Assembly: GCF_009914755.1 (NCBI RefSeq) | Contig: NC_060937.1 | DNA from: the human T2T-CHM13v2.0 reference genome, Homo sapiens | DNA: 64,000 nucleotides | Strand: one strand, 5' to 3' | In this document: positions 1-18,104 of the stretch, piece after piece | Layout: every line of letters begins with the position of its first letter | How positions within the stretch are numbered: position 1 is the stretch's first letter | Notes under the pieces: model-generated | What the model was told of the DNA's origin: nothing | What the model saw: the letters and a program-made list of their open reading frames with translations, nothing else | Databases searched by the model: none | Program-made: the position numbers and the translations under genes

Positions 1-750
1 AATGATTAACTTCTTGTTTTCAACCTTTCCTGATTCCTCAGCATCTTTCTACTTGGACTTTGTGTATTACTCAGGAAGCTGGCAGGAATTCCTAATTTTT
101 TTAAGACATGTGTTCAGTGCATATGAACCTCCAGACATTTGGGAACAAGTTGTGTTACTGGTTAATGTTGGAAGCATGGCTGGTATCTGCTCGTGTCCGA
201 TGCCAAGGGTGTGGGCAGCTTCCCAAGGCCAGGTGAGATGCTGGCATGGGGGCACAGGTGCTCTGACTCACCAGGGCTCCCGTGTTAGGGGGATGGGGTG
301 GACCACCGCCCCAGCTTGCACAGGGGTCCTCTGGTCTCCCAAGCGCCCTCTGATTCAAGGGTGCCTAAATGGACTGTTCTGAATGGAATTGGCTGCAGTA
401 TTTTTCATCTTTTAATTAAAATGGATGTGGCGTATTACCTGAAACCAGGAGTAACTGTTCTGAGCTGCTGGAGAGACTCCTCAGGTGAACGGAAGGTGTC
501 TGAAGACAGCAGGCAGCTTCTCTCCCAAGAGCCCCTTCTCAGAGCCAGAGCCGCTTTTGCATGCCCCAGAGCACACATGATTCTGTGGGTGTTTTATCAG
601 GAAGTTAGGGGTTTCTGCCTGAGTGCTCTACAATATGTGCTCTATGATTAAAGTCGGATTTCTCCTCTGAAGAAACTGTGTTTGACATGACAGAATCAAA
701 GGCAAGCATCACTAGTCACCAGCGTGTCAGACACAAACACCAGGCTCATG

Positions 751-1065
751 TTTTTTGTTTTGTTTTGGTTTGTTTTTTTTTTGTTTTTTTTTTGAGACAG
801 AGTCTCACTCTATTGTCCAGGGTGGAGTGCAGTGGCATGATCTTGCATCCTCTGCCTCCTGGGTTCACGCCATTCTCCTGCCTCAGCCTCCCAAGTAGCT
901 GGGACTACAGATGCACGCCACCGCAACTGGCTAATTTTTGTATTTTTAGTAGAGACGGGGTTTCACCATGTTAGCCAGGATTGTCTCGATCTCCTGACCT
1001 CGTGATCCGCCTGCCTCAGCCTCCCAAAGCACTGGTATTACAGGTGTTAGCCACCGCGCCCCGCC
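751..1065 (-). mobile_element. Alu (Sc/Y-type)
   Basis: T-rich tail then gagacagagtctc...ccaccgcgccccgcc. Confidence 0.9.
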
Positions 1066-1671
1066 CATGCTTATGTTTGTCCATGCTGCTCTCGGCTTTG
1101 CCGAGGGGATGATCTGGGTAGGGGGATTCACTTGGTTTGAACTGTTCCCACTGCAAAGAAATTCTCTCCCTCCTGCTTGCCTCATCCGCTTCTGGGTTAA
1201 GTCCAGGACTGGCAAAAACACTGCCTGTTCCCGAGGGAGCCCCTGTAACCAACCTCTCCCCAGATGTCTAATCCCTTGCTTGTGATTCCAGCAGAGGTCT
1301 CGGCATCTCGTCCACAGTGAGCTGGTGTCCTGCCAGTCTCGGGAGGCACTCGGCAGTGTGAGTACATCCTTCACCTCTGTGTCTACAGACCCGGCCTCCC
1401 CGCCCAGCATGGGTTGAAGCCAGGCTAAGGCGTTGATCCCAAGGGGCTGTCTGCAGGGGTTTGGGGCAGGCCTGAGCATTCACCCCAGCGTCCTGTGCAA
1501 ACGTCTTCGTCAGGAGCGCACTTGGGAAGTCCTACACTAGCGCAGAGGGTGCGCAGCCAGCGGGTCTATCAACTTGGATGCAGGTAGTGCTCAGTGGCAT
1601 TTGGAGGAGAGTCTAATAACCAAGAGGATGAATCTCCTTGAAGGATCTGATGGAAACAAGAAATGAAGAGG

Positions 1672-1982
1672 GTTGTTTTGTTTTGTTTGTTTTATGAGAC
1701 AGAGTCCTGCTCTGTTGCCCAAGCTGGATGGAGTGCAGTGGTGCAATCTCAGGTCCTTGCGGCCGCCGCCTCCTGGGTTCCAGCTATTCTCCTGCCTCAG
1801 CCTCCCAAGTAGCTGGGATTACAGGCATGCACTTTGACACCCCGGCTAATTTTTGTATTTTTAGTAGAGACGGGGTTTCACCATGTTGTCCAGGCTGGTC
1901 TCAAGCTCTTGACCTCAAGTGATCCGCCCACCTTGGCCTCCCAAAGTGCTGGGATTACAGGCATGAGCCACTGTGCCTGGCC
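1672..1982 (-). mobile_element. AluS
   Basis: Full Alu; TSD gaaatgaagag on both sides. Confidence 0.92.
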
Positions 1983-2029
1983 ACGAAATGAAGAGATTTT
2001 ACTACCTGAACCTTAAAACTGTTCCTGAG

Positions 2030-2740
2030 AAATCACCAAGAAGACTGACCAGCAAATGAAAACCTGGAAAAAAATTGCAACAAAGGATAGATATTTATCT
2101 ATGCATCTGTCTTACATAGCAGAGTGAAAAGGAGGCACACGTTCATAGAAAGTGAATATAAAGCTTGCACAGAAATAGGCTGACCTGTTCAGTTTAAAGA
2201 AATGTAATGCTGACCACAAGGTCTCTTTCTCTTTCCATTTTTATGGCCAAAAATTCCAAGCCTGCTGGTAGGAATGCCAGTCCTTATCGATATACTGGAA
2301 AACAACTGATGTCAGTAAAAGTCTTCAAATATTTTTAGTTTTCATCAGCAATGTTCACTTCTAAGAATTTAAAAGAAGAAAATGATAAAAATATTGTCAC
2401 AAACATTCATGAACAAAGGTGATCATCACAGCCGTTATTTATAATTATGAACACTTGCAGGAAAGCAAAATTACAGCAGTAAGGGTTTGGAAATGATTTA
2501 GTTGTTGAGATCATAATTCTCCCTGGCACATCTTACACTATAATAAGTGAAATTGCCAGTTATAAAAACGATACACAGTCTTCAATTTTGTAAACACCAA
2601 ATATGTGCAGTTTTGTAAAAGACTTAAGATATGCACCTAAATATAAATGTTTTTAATCATACATGTGCCATTTGTTGTTCTTTTTGTTTTTCTGCATGAG
2701 GAAACCTTCTTATCTATGTCAGAATAAATGCTTCTTAGAA
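2030..2740 (+). mobile_element. Degenerate L1M(E) 3' fragment
   Basis: A-rich, weak similarity to the L1 ORF2 end/3'UTR (cacttctaagaattt, catcacagccgttatttataat). Confidence 0.45.
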
Positions 2741-2759
2741 AAGGAAATTAGACTGAAAA

Positions 2760-3830
2760 CAGGCACGAGGGGGGCTCGGGCTTCCTGCCCCCCGGTCCCC
2801 TGGTTTGCCGCTGACGCTAGTGGAGAGCTCTTCTCGCCTTCACCTTCCTGGTGGCTGTCTCGCCGGGACTGTGCCGCTGGTGACCTGGGGGGTGTTAATT
2901 ACCTAACACTTTTCAAGGGGAAAATATTTCGTGGGAGAATTCGTCTGAAATTCTGCTGGAGGCACCTTGGAGAAACAGCTGCGTGTAAATGAAGCCGCAG
3001 CCAAAACGCAGGCCAGGGGGCCCAGCACTTTCCCAGAATTTGGGGGGTGGGGGCGGGGCGGGGGTGGGGCTGACTCTCTCGCCCCTGCCCTGGGACCTGG
3101 CCGCTCCCCGGCGTCAGCTGGTGCATGCATGGTGATGGAGCTGGTGTTGAACCCCGGCGGGTCTTCGGGAGCTCGTCCTGGCGGTGGGTGGCGAATGCCA
3201 AGGCCCCCTCAGGAGCCTAAGCCCAGCTTTATTTTCCATACCATGTCAGTGACTCCAGAAGACCCAGAGGCTGGGTCTGGTCAGAGGTGATGGCCAGAGG
3301 GAGCCCGTTTGCAATGTCCCACGGCCAGGATGGGTCTGGCTGGCGGAGCCCTGTGTCTACACACGTAGCCTTGGGTCCCGGGGTCTGTCTGCAGCTCCGC
3401 CCGGCACCGTCCATGCAGGGTGTAGACCCAGACACTCTCCTGCCTGGGAGAGCGGCCCAGCCGCTAGTCCTGTGCGCCCACCAGGTTCTTCTCTCCCAGC
3501 GTGGCCGCCATGTTGGCCGTGATCCCCGGATCCTGCCTGCTGCAGGCTCCTCTGGGAATGGCCCGCCCACCATGCTCCTCTGAAACCCTCCCTCACTTCC
3601 AGAGACCTGGGCCCCGGGCCTCACCCAAGCCCCTGCTGTGGTCACCCGGGCTGCAGGCGTCCTCTCAGGTGTCTCAGCCGTGGGCCCGGCACCCCCTTCT
3701 GTGTTCACCTCCTTCCCCGAGGCCGAGGGCGCGGCGGGCCTGCGCCAGCCTTTCCTCACAGAATACCCGGGACCTCACACGGATGCGCTGAGCAGCGATT
3801 TCTTCCGTCTTCCTCTCTTCCGACTTCTTT
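2760..3830. promoter_or_regulatory. Weaker GC/CpG-rich patch with GC boxes and a G-quadruplex motif (candidate enhancer/promoter)
   Basis: Elevated CpG; ggggggtgggggcggggcgggggtgggg at 3042-3069. Confidence 0.45.
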
Positions 3831-4364
3831 CCTTCTAGAAACAAATGTGATCTTTGGTTACTGGGTTTTCCCTAAACATTACTGAGCTGTGTCATCAGAA
3901 CTTAGACTTCAGGTACCTCAAGGAAAAGAGGTTCTGTTTAGCAGCAGAGAAGAAAAAGGCTACACGCAGGCTAGGTGGCCAATCCGCCAAGAATAGGAAT
4001 GAGATGAACTTTGAATTCTTTTTAAAAAGAAAAAACAATGTCTTCATTGAGTAAGTTCTACCCCACCCTCACCAAGAGTCACGTGGCTGGGGAGGTGGCC
4101 GTGCATGTGGCCCAAGTCCCTTGTTCTGTGAAGTTTCCCATCCCCGGGCCCAGCAGTCACATCCTCAGAGTGTCAGTTAACATGTGTCTCTGTCCCCTGT
4201 GTTTAGTTTATTCAGAACCTGAACCAGCTCCAGGAGGACACCTTTCTCTTCAGGCAATTTCAGAGTGGTGCTCTCCATCTCAGGAGTGGGTAATGTCTGG
4301 GTGTGAGTGTCCGGGGACATTGGCAGCCACAGGTCATTGTTGCTTAAATCTATTAATTTATTCC

Positions 4365-4658
4365 TTTTTTTTTTTTAGATAGAGCCTCGCTCTGTCACCC
4401 AGGCTGGAGTGCAGTGGTGCAATCTGGGCTCACTTGCAACCACTGCCTCCTGGGTTCAAGCAATTCTCCTGCCTCAGCCTCTCAAGTAGCTGGGATTACA
4501 AGCGCACGCCACCACACCCAGCTAATTTTTGTATTTTTAGTAGAGACGGGGTTTCACCATGTTGGCCAGGCTGGTCTCGAACTCCTGACCTCAGGTGATT
4601 CACCCGCCTTGGCCTCCCAAAGTGCTGAGATTACAGGTGTGAGTCCACCATGCCTGGC
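4365..4658 (-). mobile_element. AluS
   Basis: Full Alu; TSD aatttattc. Confidence 0.92.
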
Positions 4659-4789
4659 CAATTTATTCTTAAGAGCTGCAAATGTCCTCATTGTGTCATT
4701 TCTTTTTTATTTATTTGCTGGAAGTCACCTAATAAATATCCCCATATATATTTTATATCCTTCTTTTCTTATATAAATGGCTTGTGTCT

Positions 4790-5375
4790 TTGTGTGGCTG
4801 TGTGTGTGTCACATGTCTGTGTGTGTGTCTGTGGTGTATCTCTGTGTGTGTATGTATGTATGGGGTGTGCCTGTGTGTGTGTCTGTAGTGTATCTGTGTC
4901 TGTATGGGGTGTGTCTGTGTGTGATTGTGTGTGTGTCTGTGGTGTATCTCTGTGTATGTATGGGGTGTGTCTGTATGATTGTGTGTGTCTGTGGTGTATC
5001 TGTGTCTGTATGTATGGGGTGTGTCTGTGTGATTGTGTGTCTGTGGTGTATCTCTGTGTCTGGGTGTGTCTGTGATTGTGTGTCTGTGGTGTATCTGTGT
5101 ATATGGGGTGTGTCTGTGTGATTGTGTGTGTGTGGTCTATTTCTGTGTCTGTATGTATGGGATGTGTCTGATTGTGTGTCTGTGGTGTATTTCTGTGTCT
5201 GTATGTATGGGGTGTGTGTGATTGTGTGTGTGTCTGGTGTATCTCTGTATGTATGGGGTGTGTCTGTGTGTGATTGTGTGTGTGTCTGGTGTATCTCTGT
5301 GTCTGTATGTATGGGGTGTGTCTGTGTGTGATTGTGTGTCTGTGTTTATGTGTGTGTGTCTTTGTGTGATTTTTT
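4790..5375. repeat. TG-rich compound minisatellite (~55-60 bp higher-order unit)
   Basis: Recurring gtctgtggtgtatctctgtgtctgtatgtatggggtgtgtctgtgtgattgtgtgt. Confidence 0.92.
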
Positions 5376-6249
5376 GTGTATATGGCAAACCCAGAACAGA
5401 ACATTATCACTCACCTCACCTGGCAAAACAAAAAGCTTTCAGAGAGATGTGTGGCCGTCATGATGTCTCAGCTGCAGGCATTTTTCAAAGTTATGTTTGA
5501 TGCAGCTGGCACCTTTCTTCTCGGGGACAAATGTGATCTTTGATCATTGAGTTGAGAATGAGTTTACTCAATAATTTTAAAATGCCTCGGTGTGAGAGGA
5601 TGGGCTGCTAGTAAACATTTGTGGCAAATATGCGTTGCCTTTTCCTCCTTCAAGTGCATGGGGCAGGCTGCTTCTCTGCACGTCCATCTGTGGGTCAGTC
5701 TGTCCTGCCACCTCCCTTGCCCCAGGGCTTAGTGCCCTGTGTGGATCACGGCTGCCCCAGGGATGCTGGGGAAGGATTCAGCCCAACAAATAGATTCGTT
5801 GACGTCCTCTCAACGAATGTGTGCTTTTAAAAATGTCTTTAATTTTGCACTCCATTTCATACAACAGGTGCACATTTAAAACATTTATTTTTAAACAGCT
5901 CTGTCTTCTCAGCACTGCAGACTATTTCTCGCTCACTTGACAGGCAGACGTTGGGACTATGTTCTTTTCCTGCCAAGAATCCATCAGCCCCCCAATGCCT
6001 GCACCTCGAGTCCAGACTCCTTAGCGTTGCGTTGGGACGTAATTCCCCGTTAGCATCCCCAGCCCCTTCTCCCCCTGTGAGCCAGCCTGGGTTCTTTTCT
6101 TTTTCCTTTCTTCCCTGTTTTCCTTCTTTCTTTTTTGGGTTTGTAATAAGTAATATACAGTCTTGTGGTTAAGAAATCAAAATAATAAAGAAGATACGGC
6201 TTGAGGATTCTTGCTCTGCACTGGTCCTTCCGCCAGGACCTGGTGCGTC

Positions 6250-7920
<1,671 letters not shown>

Positions 7921-7976
7921 ATGGGTACTTTGTTGTTGTTGTTGTTGTTGTTTTAATTTTTTAAAAATTAAAAACA

Positions 7977-8282
<306 letters not shown>

Positions 8283-8539
8283 TCATTTCCTATTTTAAGT
8301 ATTTGTCCCTTCTCTCTTTTTCCTTGATTAGGTTAGCGGATAGTTTATCTATTTATTGCTTTTGTTCCCAGAAGCCATTTTCAAAATGTAGTTCTACTGA
8401 TTTTCCAATTTCTGATTCACTGATTTGTGCTTTTGCCTCTACTTCTTGTCCTTTTCTTTAGAAAATCTTCTGAGCTCCTGCTTGACTCACTGGTGTTTCA
8501 TCAGTCTTTGGGGAGGTGGTGGGATGAGTCTCCGCACGT

Positions 8540-9700
8540 CCGCGCTCTCGCGTGCCTCACCTGTGAGGTCCTCTCCCTTCTCACCCAGCGTCACGCCCTG
8601 ACCCCTCGGCTCCCGTGTCCTCTGACTTCCTTGCACCAGCACCCTGTTGAGCTCCACCCCTGCACTGGGGTCTGTATAGGTGGCTGTCATGTGTGCCGAG
8701 CATAGCTCAGTATAGCTGCATGAAGCGTTCCACCGGGCAGATGGTGTTGATCCTCCAGTCTCTGAGCCACAGTGGTCCTCCGAGTGGTCCTTAGAGTGGT
8801 CCTCAGGGCCACTCCCCGAACAACCAGCTCACGCCTTGCTTCTCCCCTCGCCCCCAAGGCCTCTTCCCCATCCTCACTTCTAATGGGTGGACTGGATTCC
8901 TGCTTGACAGAGCTGAACCAGTTGGAAGAGCATCCCTGCCTGTCCCCTGCCTGTCCCTGAACCTCTGCTCTGCACCACATCCCTGCCTTCCTGCCGGACC
9001 TCTGAGGGTCCTGCACGCTCTCCCCACACTGGTCTGTGTCCCCATCCCTCTTCCCACTCCAGGGCAGTCATCCTCCCTCATCGCCAAGTCTGAGTTCTCC
9101 CCGGATTCCTGTCAACTCAAAGGTGCTGTCGTTTCTCCTGTCTAAACCTGCCTGATCTCTCCATCTGTACTCAGCCCCTCGGCGATCTCAGTCCCCTGGC
9201 TTGTGACCCACCTGAGTGTGATGATTCCTAGTCCACAGCTCCAGTCCGGACCCCTCCCCCGGGCACTGCACCGCCCTGCCTCCGCAGAGCCTCCACCCGC
9301 ATCCTACAGGTCTCCCAGAGCCGCGTCATCCACTGCAGCTCCATCCACCATAGTTCACTGCACCTCTCCGTCCAGTTCCTTTGGCCAGAAACCCCATCGT
9401 CCTCATCTGTGTTTTCACTCATGCCCGTATCCGACCTCCCGGGAAATCCTGTTGGCTGTGCCTCCAGAACAGATCCAGAATCCAGCCAGGCTACCGCCCT
9501 GTCTCCCACTTTGAGGTCGCGCTGCCTCTGCGCCTGTCCCTCCCCACCGCCGTCTCGCAGAACAGCAAGCGGTGACCTCTCGAAGGTGAGTGCGGGCCCT
9601 TCTCTGCTGAAATCCTCAGTTCAGCAGGGTAAACACAGCCCCCTCCGGTGGCCCACCTGGCCCTTCGTGCCTTCCTTCCTCCCTCTGGGTGGGACCCTCT
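8540..9700 (+). mobile_element. L2 relic (RT/3' region), GC-shifted
   Basis: ctccatctgtactcagcccctcggcgatctc...gatgattcctagtccacagctccagtccggacc and aaatcctgttggctgtgcctccagaacagatccagaatcc resemble the L2 consensus. Confidence 0.65.
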
Positions 9701-11214
9701 CCTGAGAGACCTCCACAGTCGGCCGCAGTTCCCCCTGATGTTCTTTCAGGCCCTCCTTGGTGTCTTCCTGTTCAGCTCTGACCTGGAGGTACTTCCACTG
9801 GATGGGTAGTTTGTGTGTTTGTAGGTTTCATTTCATGTGATTTTCCCTTCTCTTGTTTGCTGCGGGGGTTCTCCTTACTAAGGTTGAAGACTTACAAGAA
9901 AGCTGGCTTCTAGACCCTCTGGACTCTGACCTAGCCTCACCTGCCCAGCCCCCTGCTCCAGGCCGGCTTGCGTCCCCAGGTGAACTCAGTCCTTTCAGGA
10001 CACCTTCAGGGCTGAGCCCACAGTCCAGTACCATTTCCTGGTCTGTTTGAAGTCCCCTGGGACTTTGTATCTTTCCAGATAACTTGCCACTTTTTCTAAC
10101 CAGTGGCATAATTATTTGAGGATTTGTCTTCACCTAGTTGGGTGTTAACCTCTTGAAGGCAGGACCTGTCTCTGAGTCATTGTGCTGCCTTCATAATTCC
10201 TAGCAATCGCAAATTAAGGGAACGCACTGTGTCCGGGAAGGCATCTGCGCGGGAGGAACTGAAGCTCCTGAGCGCATGTTAGGGATGAGGAGGGTCCCTG
10301 GAAACAGTGCTGACAGCCCCATTGAGGGGAGAACTGTTACTACCCTAACACTGGGGATGGGGATCACAGGAACGTCACGAGAACGTCATTTTGGGAAGCC
10401 AGCTTGGTGGAAGCTCCGTGTTGGGGAACTCCAGTAGACTGGGAGAGAGAGCAGGAGTAACTGACGCAGTTCACTTCCCCGTGGGGTTTCCCACACCTCG
10501 GCAAGTTGAGGGTGTGCAGGCCCTTGTCCTTGTTGGGTTGCATATGGAGAGAATGTCCATGGGGAGAGAGTAGGGAGGGGACCACACCCCGGAAAGGCCA
10601 GTTTGAAAAACCTAGGCCTGAGGGGATGCAGCCTGGGGGATACAGGGGCGTGGGGTGGCTCCAAAGTCAGCTGCCTTGGAAGATTCCAGTGATGAACAGG
10701 GGCAGAGCTGGTGTCTGTCACTCAGCTGGCTGGCATTTCCTGCTTGTGTCTCCTGGGAGGTGCTGTGGATATAAACATTATATGCAGAGCAGCAGTGCTT
10801 TCTGGTTAGGGATGCAGCATTTTAATTCACTGAGCAAAAGTGGACTGGAGAGTCGTTTTGGTAAGAGACCTGACTGAAGCATCGGCCCAGACTTTCACGA
10901 GCGGGGTCCCATTTTCCCAGTGCAGGAGCTGAGGCCCATCTGGATTACACGGATTCTTGAAGTGCCCCATCCTCCGTGTCCCCACCTGTGGGCTCTGCCC
11001 CTGCGCTTCCCCGACGCGCGCCCCCTTCCACTGCACTTGCTGGCAGAGGCGCTGTTGAAAGGCTCTCAGACCTCTATGCTGACACCTGTGGTCTGTGGGC
11101 CCCGTGCCTCTCTTACTATTCCTTCATTCTCTTTCCTTGTGCCTAGCAACAATTTCATTAATTCAAATTCATTTACAAGATATAAAACCACACAATATAA
11201 CTTTTAGTTTTTAG

Positions 11215-11567
<353 letters not shown>

Positions 11568-12949
11568 AGAATTTGCAATTTTTATAATATTTAAATGAAA
11601 TTTTTCTTTCAAAACTGTTAGGAATCACTGTTTTGTTTAAAAAAAAAAATGCCTAGAAACGCCTTGAGAAAATAGAAAGCACATAAAGCCTGCAAATTCT
11701 GAGAGTAATTGTTATTAAGTGGGTGTTTTTCCCAAGAGTTTGTATTTGTAGTCTTTTCTTAGCTAGTTTAACATTTGTTCTTCATACCTACTAGACAGAT
11801 TTTTTTAGTTACACTCTTGATAACAGTATTCATTCATTTTATCAGTACCATCTGTAACTCCAAAATGCAATTTTTAAAATTAAACTAAGTAGACCATGAA
11901 ATGTATTTGAGATGCAATATCAAATTTTTCATGCTTTGAAGGACCCCAAAACCAGTGTAATTTCTCTTCCCTCAAATATCAAGGCATGGCTGAATTATGG
12001 ATGTTTCAGATGTCTCTTTCCTTCTTTTCTTATGGTAGCGAGGCACCCCTCCTCCATGAAATCAGTGTTTTCCTGCATTTGGAGTGACTGTTAGGTTTCC
12101 TTTATCTCAAGCTGTGCTGTCCCTCCCACAGTTTGGAGTTTTTCTGGGTCTCAAGTTAGAATCAGGAAGGTTACCATGCTACCTGGACAGTTAGGTGTCT
12201 AAGGGAGAGAATCTGGCAGACAAGCCCGTGTTACCTGGCTGAACTGCAGAGTGAAGAGCTCACGTATGGGTGCATGGCGGAGAGGTGGGAGGAGGCGTGT
12301 GTCTGTAGAGTACAGTTCTGTTGTTCTCTAACAGAAAACATAGAGTTTTTGTTGTTTGTTGTTGGTGCAAAATGCAGAAGAAAACTCTGCATTCAAAATC
12401 AGCTATGAAGAGTGATGTCTGTGTGTTGCTGCTGGCTTGTGTGTGTGTGTGCGCACGCGTGTTTGTGATCAGTTATCTGATATTCATGGGGCACATTGTA
12501 CCTGTTGAGCTGAGCTGAGTTCCTGAGATGTGGTTAAATGCAGAAAGACTAGAATTTACCATCTGTTGAAACTAGATGCCTGTGGATGGCCGGTGACCCC
12601 AGAACGCAGGACAGGATGGCAAGTAGCCTGCACGTTGTATGGCCTGCTGCCCTGCGGTTACCGGGCTGCTCTGAAGCTGGAGGGGAGCAGTTAGTCAACA
12701 GTAATCCAGTCAGGTTGTGGGTGGGTGCCAGGGGGAGGGCTTGCAGGGAGAGTTGGGTTGTGGGTGGGTGCTGGTGGTGGGTGGGCGGGGGGCTTGCAGG
12801 GAGGACCCGACCGAGCTCTTCCAGGTGGACAGGATTCAGAAGGTGGAGAGGAGGAAGAGCCCTACAGGCTGAGGGCACAGATTGGCTCACAAAGAGCAGT
12901 GCAGCCACTCACTCTGCACAAGAGACACTCCTGAAAGAAACACAGCCAT

Positions 12950-15085
<2,136 letters not shown>

Positions 15086-15165
15086 TTTTTTCTGTAACCT
15101 TTATTTTAACAATTTCAGATGTACAGAACAATGGCAAGGGTAGCACAAAGAATTCTCGTATATAA

Positions 15166-15630
<465 letters not shown>

Positions 15631-15697
15631 AGTGTTTACTTCTTAACAAATATATTTGTTTGCTTATAAAACTAGAGTATAATTCTCCAAATTGTTT

Positions 15698-15755
15698 GTT
15701 TTTTGCCATTACTTTGAATGGCAAAACCCACAATTACCTTTGCAGCAACCTAATA
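15698..15755. mobile_element. MADE1 (Hsmar1 mariner MITE), one arm truncated
   Basis: ttttgccattactttgaatggcaaaacccacaattacctttgcagcaacctaata. Confidence 0.8.
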
Positions 15756-16159
15756 GGTAATTAACTTCAACACACTCTTCTCTAATCACTGCTGTTTTGT
15801 ATGTAGATCCAGAGTCTATGAGTTGTCCCCCTAAATGTCCTTTAAAGCAAAAGAAAATTCAGGAGCATGAGAATTTGGAGCAGGAGCTGCATTCAGTTGT
15901 CCTGTGTTTTATCTTTCTTTACTCTGGAGCAGCCCCTTAGTATTTCTTTGTTTCATGACACCGCCACTTTGGAGAGGGCAGGCCAGTTATGTTGTAGAAC
16001 ATTCCTAAATTGGGGTTTGTCTAATGTTTATTGCTAAATCCAGGAGATGCATTTTTGGCCCAGAAATGCTGATGTGTCCTTCCCAGAGTGTCCTATCAGG
16101 AAGCATACGAGACCGGTTTATCCCGTTACTGGTGGTGTTAAATTTGACGACATGGTTAA

Positions 16160-17830
16160 GAAGGGAGAGCTTCCGTAACATGACCTAAAAATACGCACAC
16201 GCATTATCCCCAAAGCCAGCATCCTACTCAGCAGGAAATGCTGGAAGCTCTCCCACTGAAGCCAAGAACAGAGTGAAGCTCCCCACAACCCCCCCACGAT
16301 GTGTCGTCGTTAGAGTGCCCCCACACGCAGCTGGGCTACAGAGACAGCACAGACACGGGAGTTTACCTTTTCCTTTTCATTATCTCTATTTTCAATTTCT
16401 CCGTATGCAGTTGTTACATTTCTGGAAAACCCAAAATAATCATTGGATAAAATGCTACAAAAAAATAAGGGAATTAATAAATTTTATACCCTGCTGCTTA
16501 ACATGTAGAAATCATAGGTAGGAACAAAAACCAAGGAGAAGATCTAATGGGAGAGATAATATTTATAGTAGCAAAAATAAAGTACCTCTGTTTTTAGCAT
16601 TCTCGTTTAATAAATGCTGATACGAGGAAAACTATAAAATACTCCTGAGACACAGAAGACTTGAACACATGGAAAAGGTATATGATAGCTTTAGATAGGG
16701 AAGCTCCACATGACAAAGACATCAGTTCTCCCTGAATTAATGCATACACTTAAGGAGCCCCAATAAACACATCATCTTTTTCTTTCTCAGGGTGCTAGAC
16801 AAGTTGATTATAAAACCCACTTAGAGAAACAAACATGAACACCTGAGAAAACCCTGGAGAGTATCAGAGGGGAGTGGGCTGCCCAGACGTTAAAATTTTC
16901 TATACAGCCTCTTTAATGAAAATGGTGTGGATCCTGGCATAAGAACAAGGACAGGTGAATGGAACAGAATAAAAATCCAGAAGCAAATCAGGCTGCCTGG
17001 GGAAGATCCATGTAGCTCAAGGCAGCATGTAAATTTCGTGCTGGAAAAGATGACCTTGGTTATCAATGGTGTTGGGATAACTGGATAGCCTCATGGAAAA
17101 AGATGAAAGTCAGGTCTTCTTCACACCTTTCACCTGGATAAGTACCAGATGGACCTGTGATTTAAATGTAAAAAGTAATCCAATAGGCATATCCAATAAG
17201 CATATGAGAATGTGGTTGGCATCATGATTCAAGGGCAAAATGTACATTAAAACCACAATAGGGTACCATTCTTCGTCCACCAGAGTGGCTAAAATTAAAG
17301 ACTGGCTATTCCAAGTGGTTGGTGCAGAAGTGGGATACCAGTGCTCACATTTCCTGGTGGGAAGGCATATTGCTATGACCACTTTGGAAAACATGGACAG
17401 GGTCTAAAGCTAAGCATGTGCCTGCCCTCCGATTCCACCCTAACTGTGCACCCAAAAGGAAGGAGTACTTCTGTACGTGTACGTATGTGGACGTTCACAG
17501 CAGCTTGATGCCCAGGAGCCCCATGCTGGACACCCTAACCTCTAGGAGCCTTAAGAGAAAACGGGTTAAATAAAGGGCATCATATTCATACCCCACAAAG
17601 CTACACGAGAAGAAATAAACCACTACAACATGCCTGCAGTTCACACATCAATCTCAAGATCAGGCAAAACTAGCTTCTCTGGTAGTGGTCATAGTATTAA
17701 TGGCTGCTACCTCTTGGGAAATATTGGTTGGGAAGGGGCCAGGAAGCCTCCTGGGGTACTAGAAATGTTATTTAGCTGACCTGGGCAGTGGTCACTGGGT
17801 ACATACATACGTTTGATGTGATAAACTGCT
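16160..17830 (+). mobile_element. Decayed L1M ORF2/3' region
   Basis: aaaactataaaatactcctgaga, ggaacagaataaaaatccagaag, cattaaaaccacaatagggtacca, accactttggaaaac. Confidence 0.65.
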
Positions 17831-18104
17831 CCATGCATGTTCCTATATCTAGTAAAGGAATCTTAACATAAAGCAAAACCACACAAGAAAGCATTGCGTT
17901 GATTACATTAAACGTATTTTAAACTTTGCATGAGAAGAAAACAAGAAGCAAAGTGAAAAGTCCTGTGACAGACTGGAAAAAATATTGGCAATTATCAAAA
18001 TGAAAGGTTGCTATTTAATATATAGTTTCTAAAGTAAAGAATAGCATAATTTTTATCCCTATAGAAAAAAAAATCTAGAGATATCAACCAGTAGTTCACA
18101 GAAA

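Noticed and set aside
678-974. Alu-derived ORFs (this and many similar)
   Set aside because: Standard antisense-Alu translations ([13 protein letters not shown]).
4650-5500. Cys/Val- and His/Thr-rich ORFs (also 54086-54882)
   Set aside because: Translation of TG/CA simple repeats.
3841-5542. 16-mer acaaatgtgatctttg at 3841 and 5527
   Set aside because: Isolated match of a length that can occur by chance in 64 kb; flanks do not align.
5794-5818. 9-bp stem hairpin attcgttga/tcaacgaat
   Set aside because: Too short for a pre-miRNA or structured RNA call; compatible with chance.
9853-9979. Open frame ending at a phase-1 CAG|GTGAAC
   Set aside because: No ATG start, and the nearest acceptor is weak and phase-incompatible.
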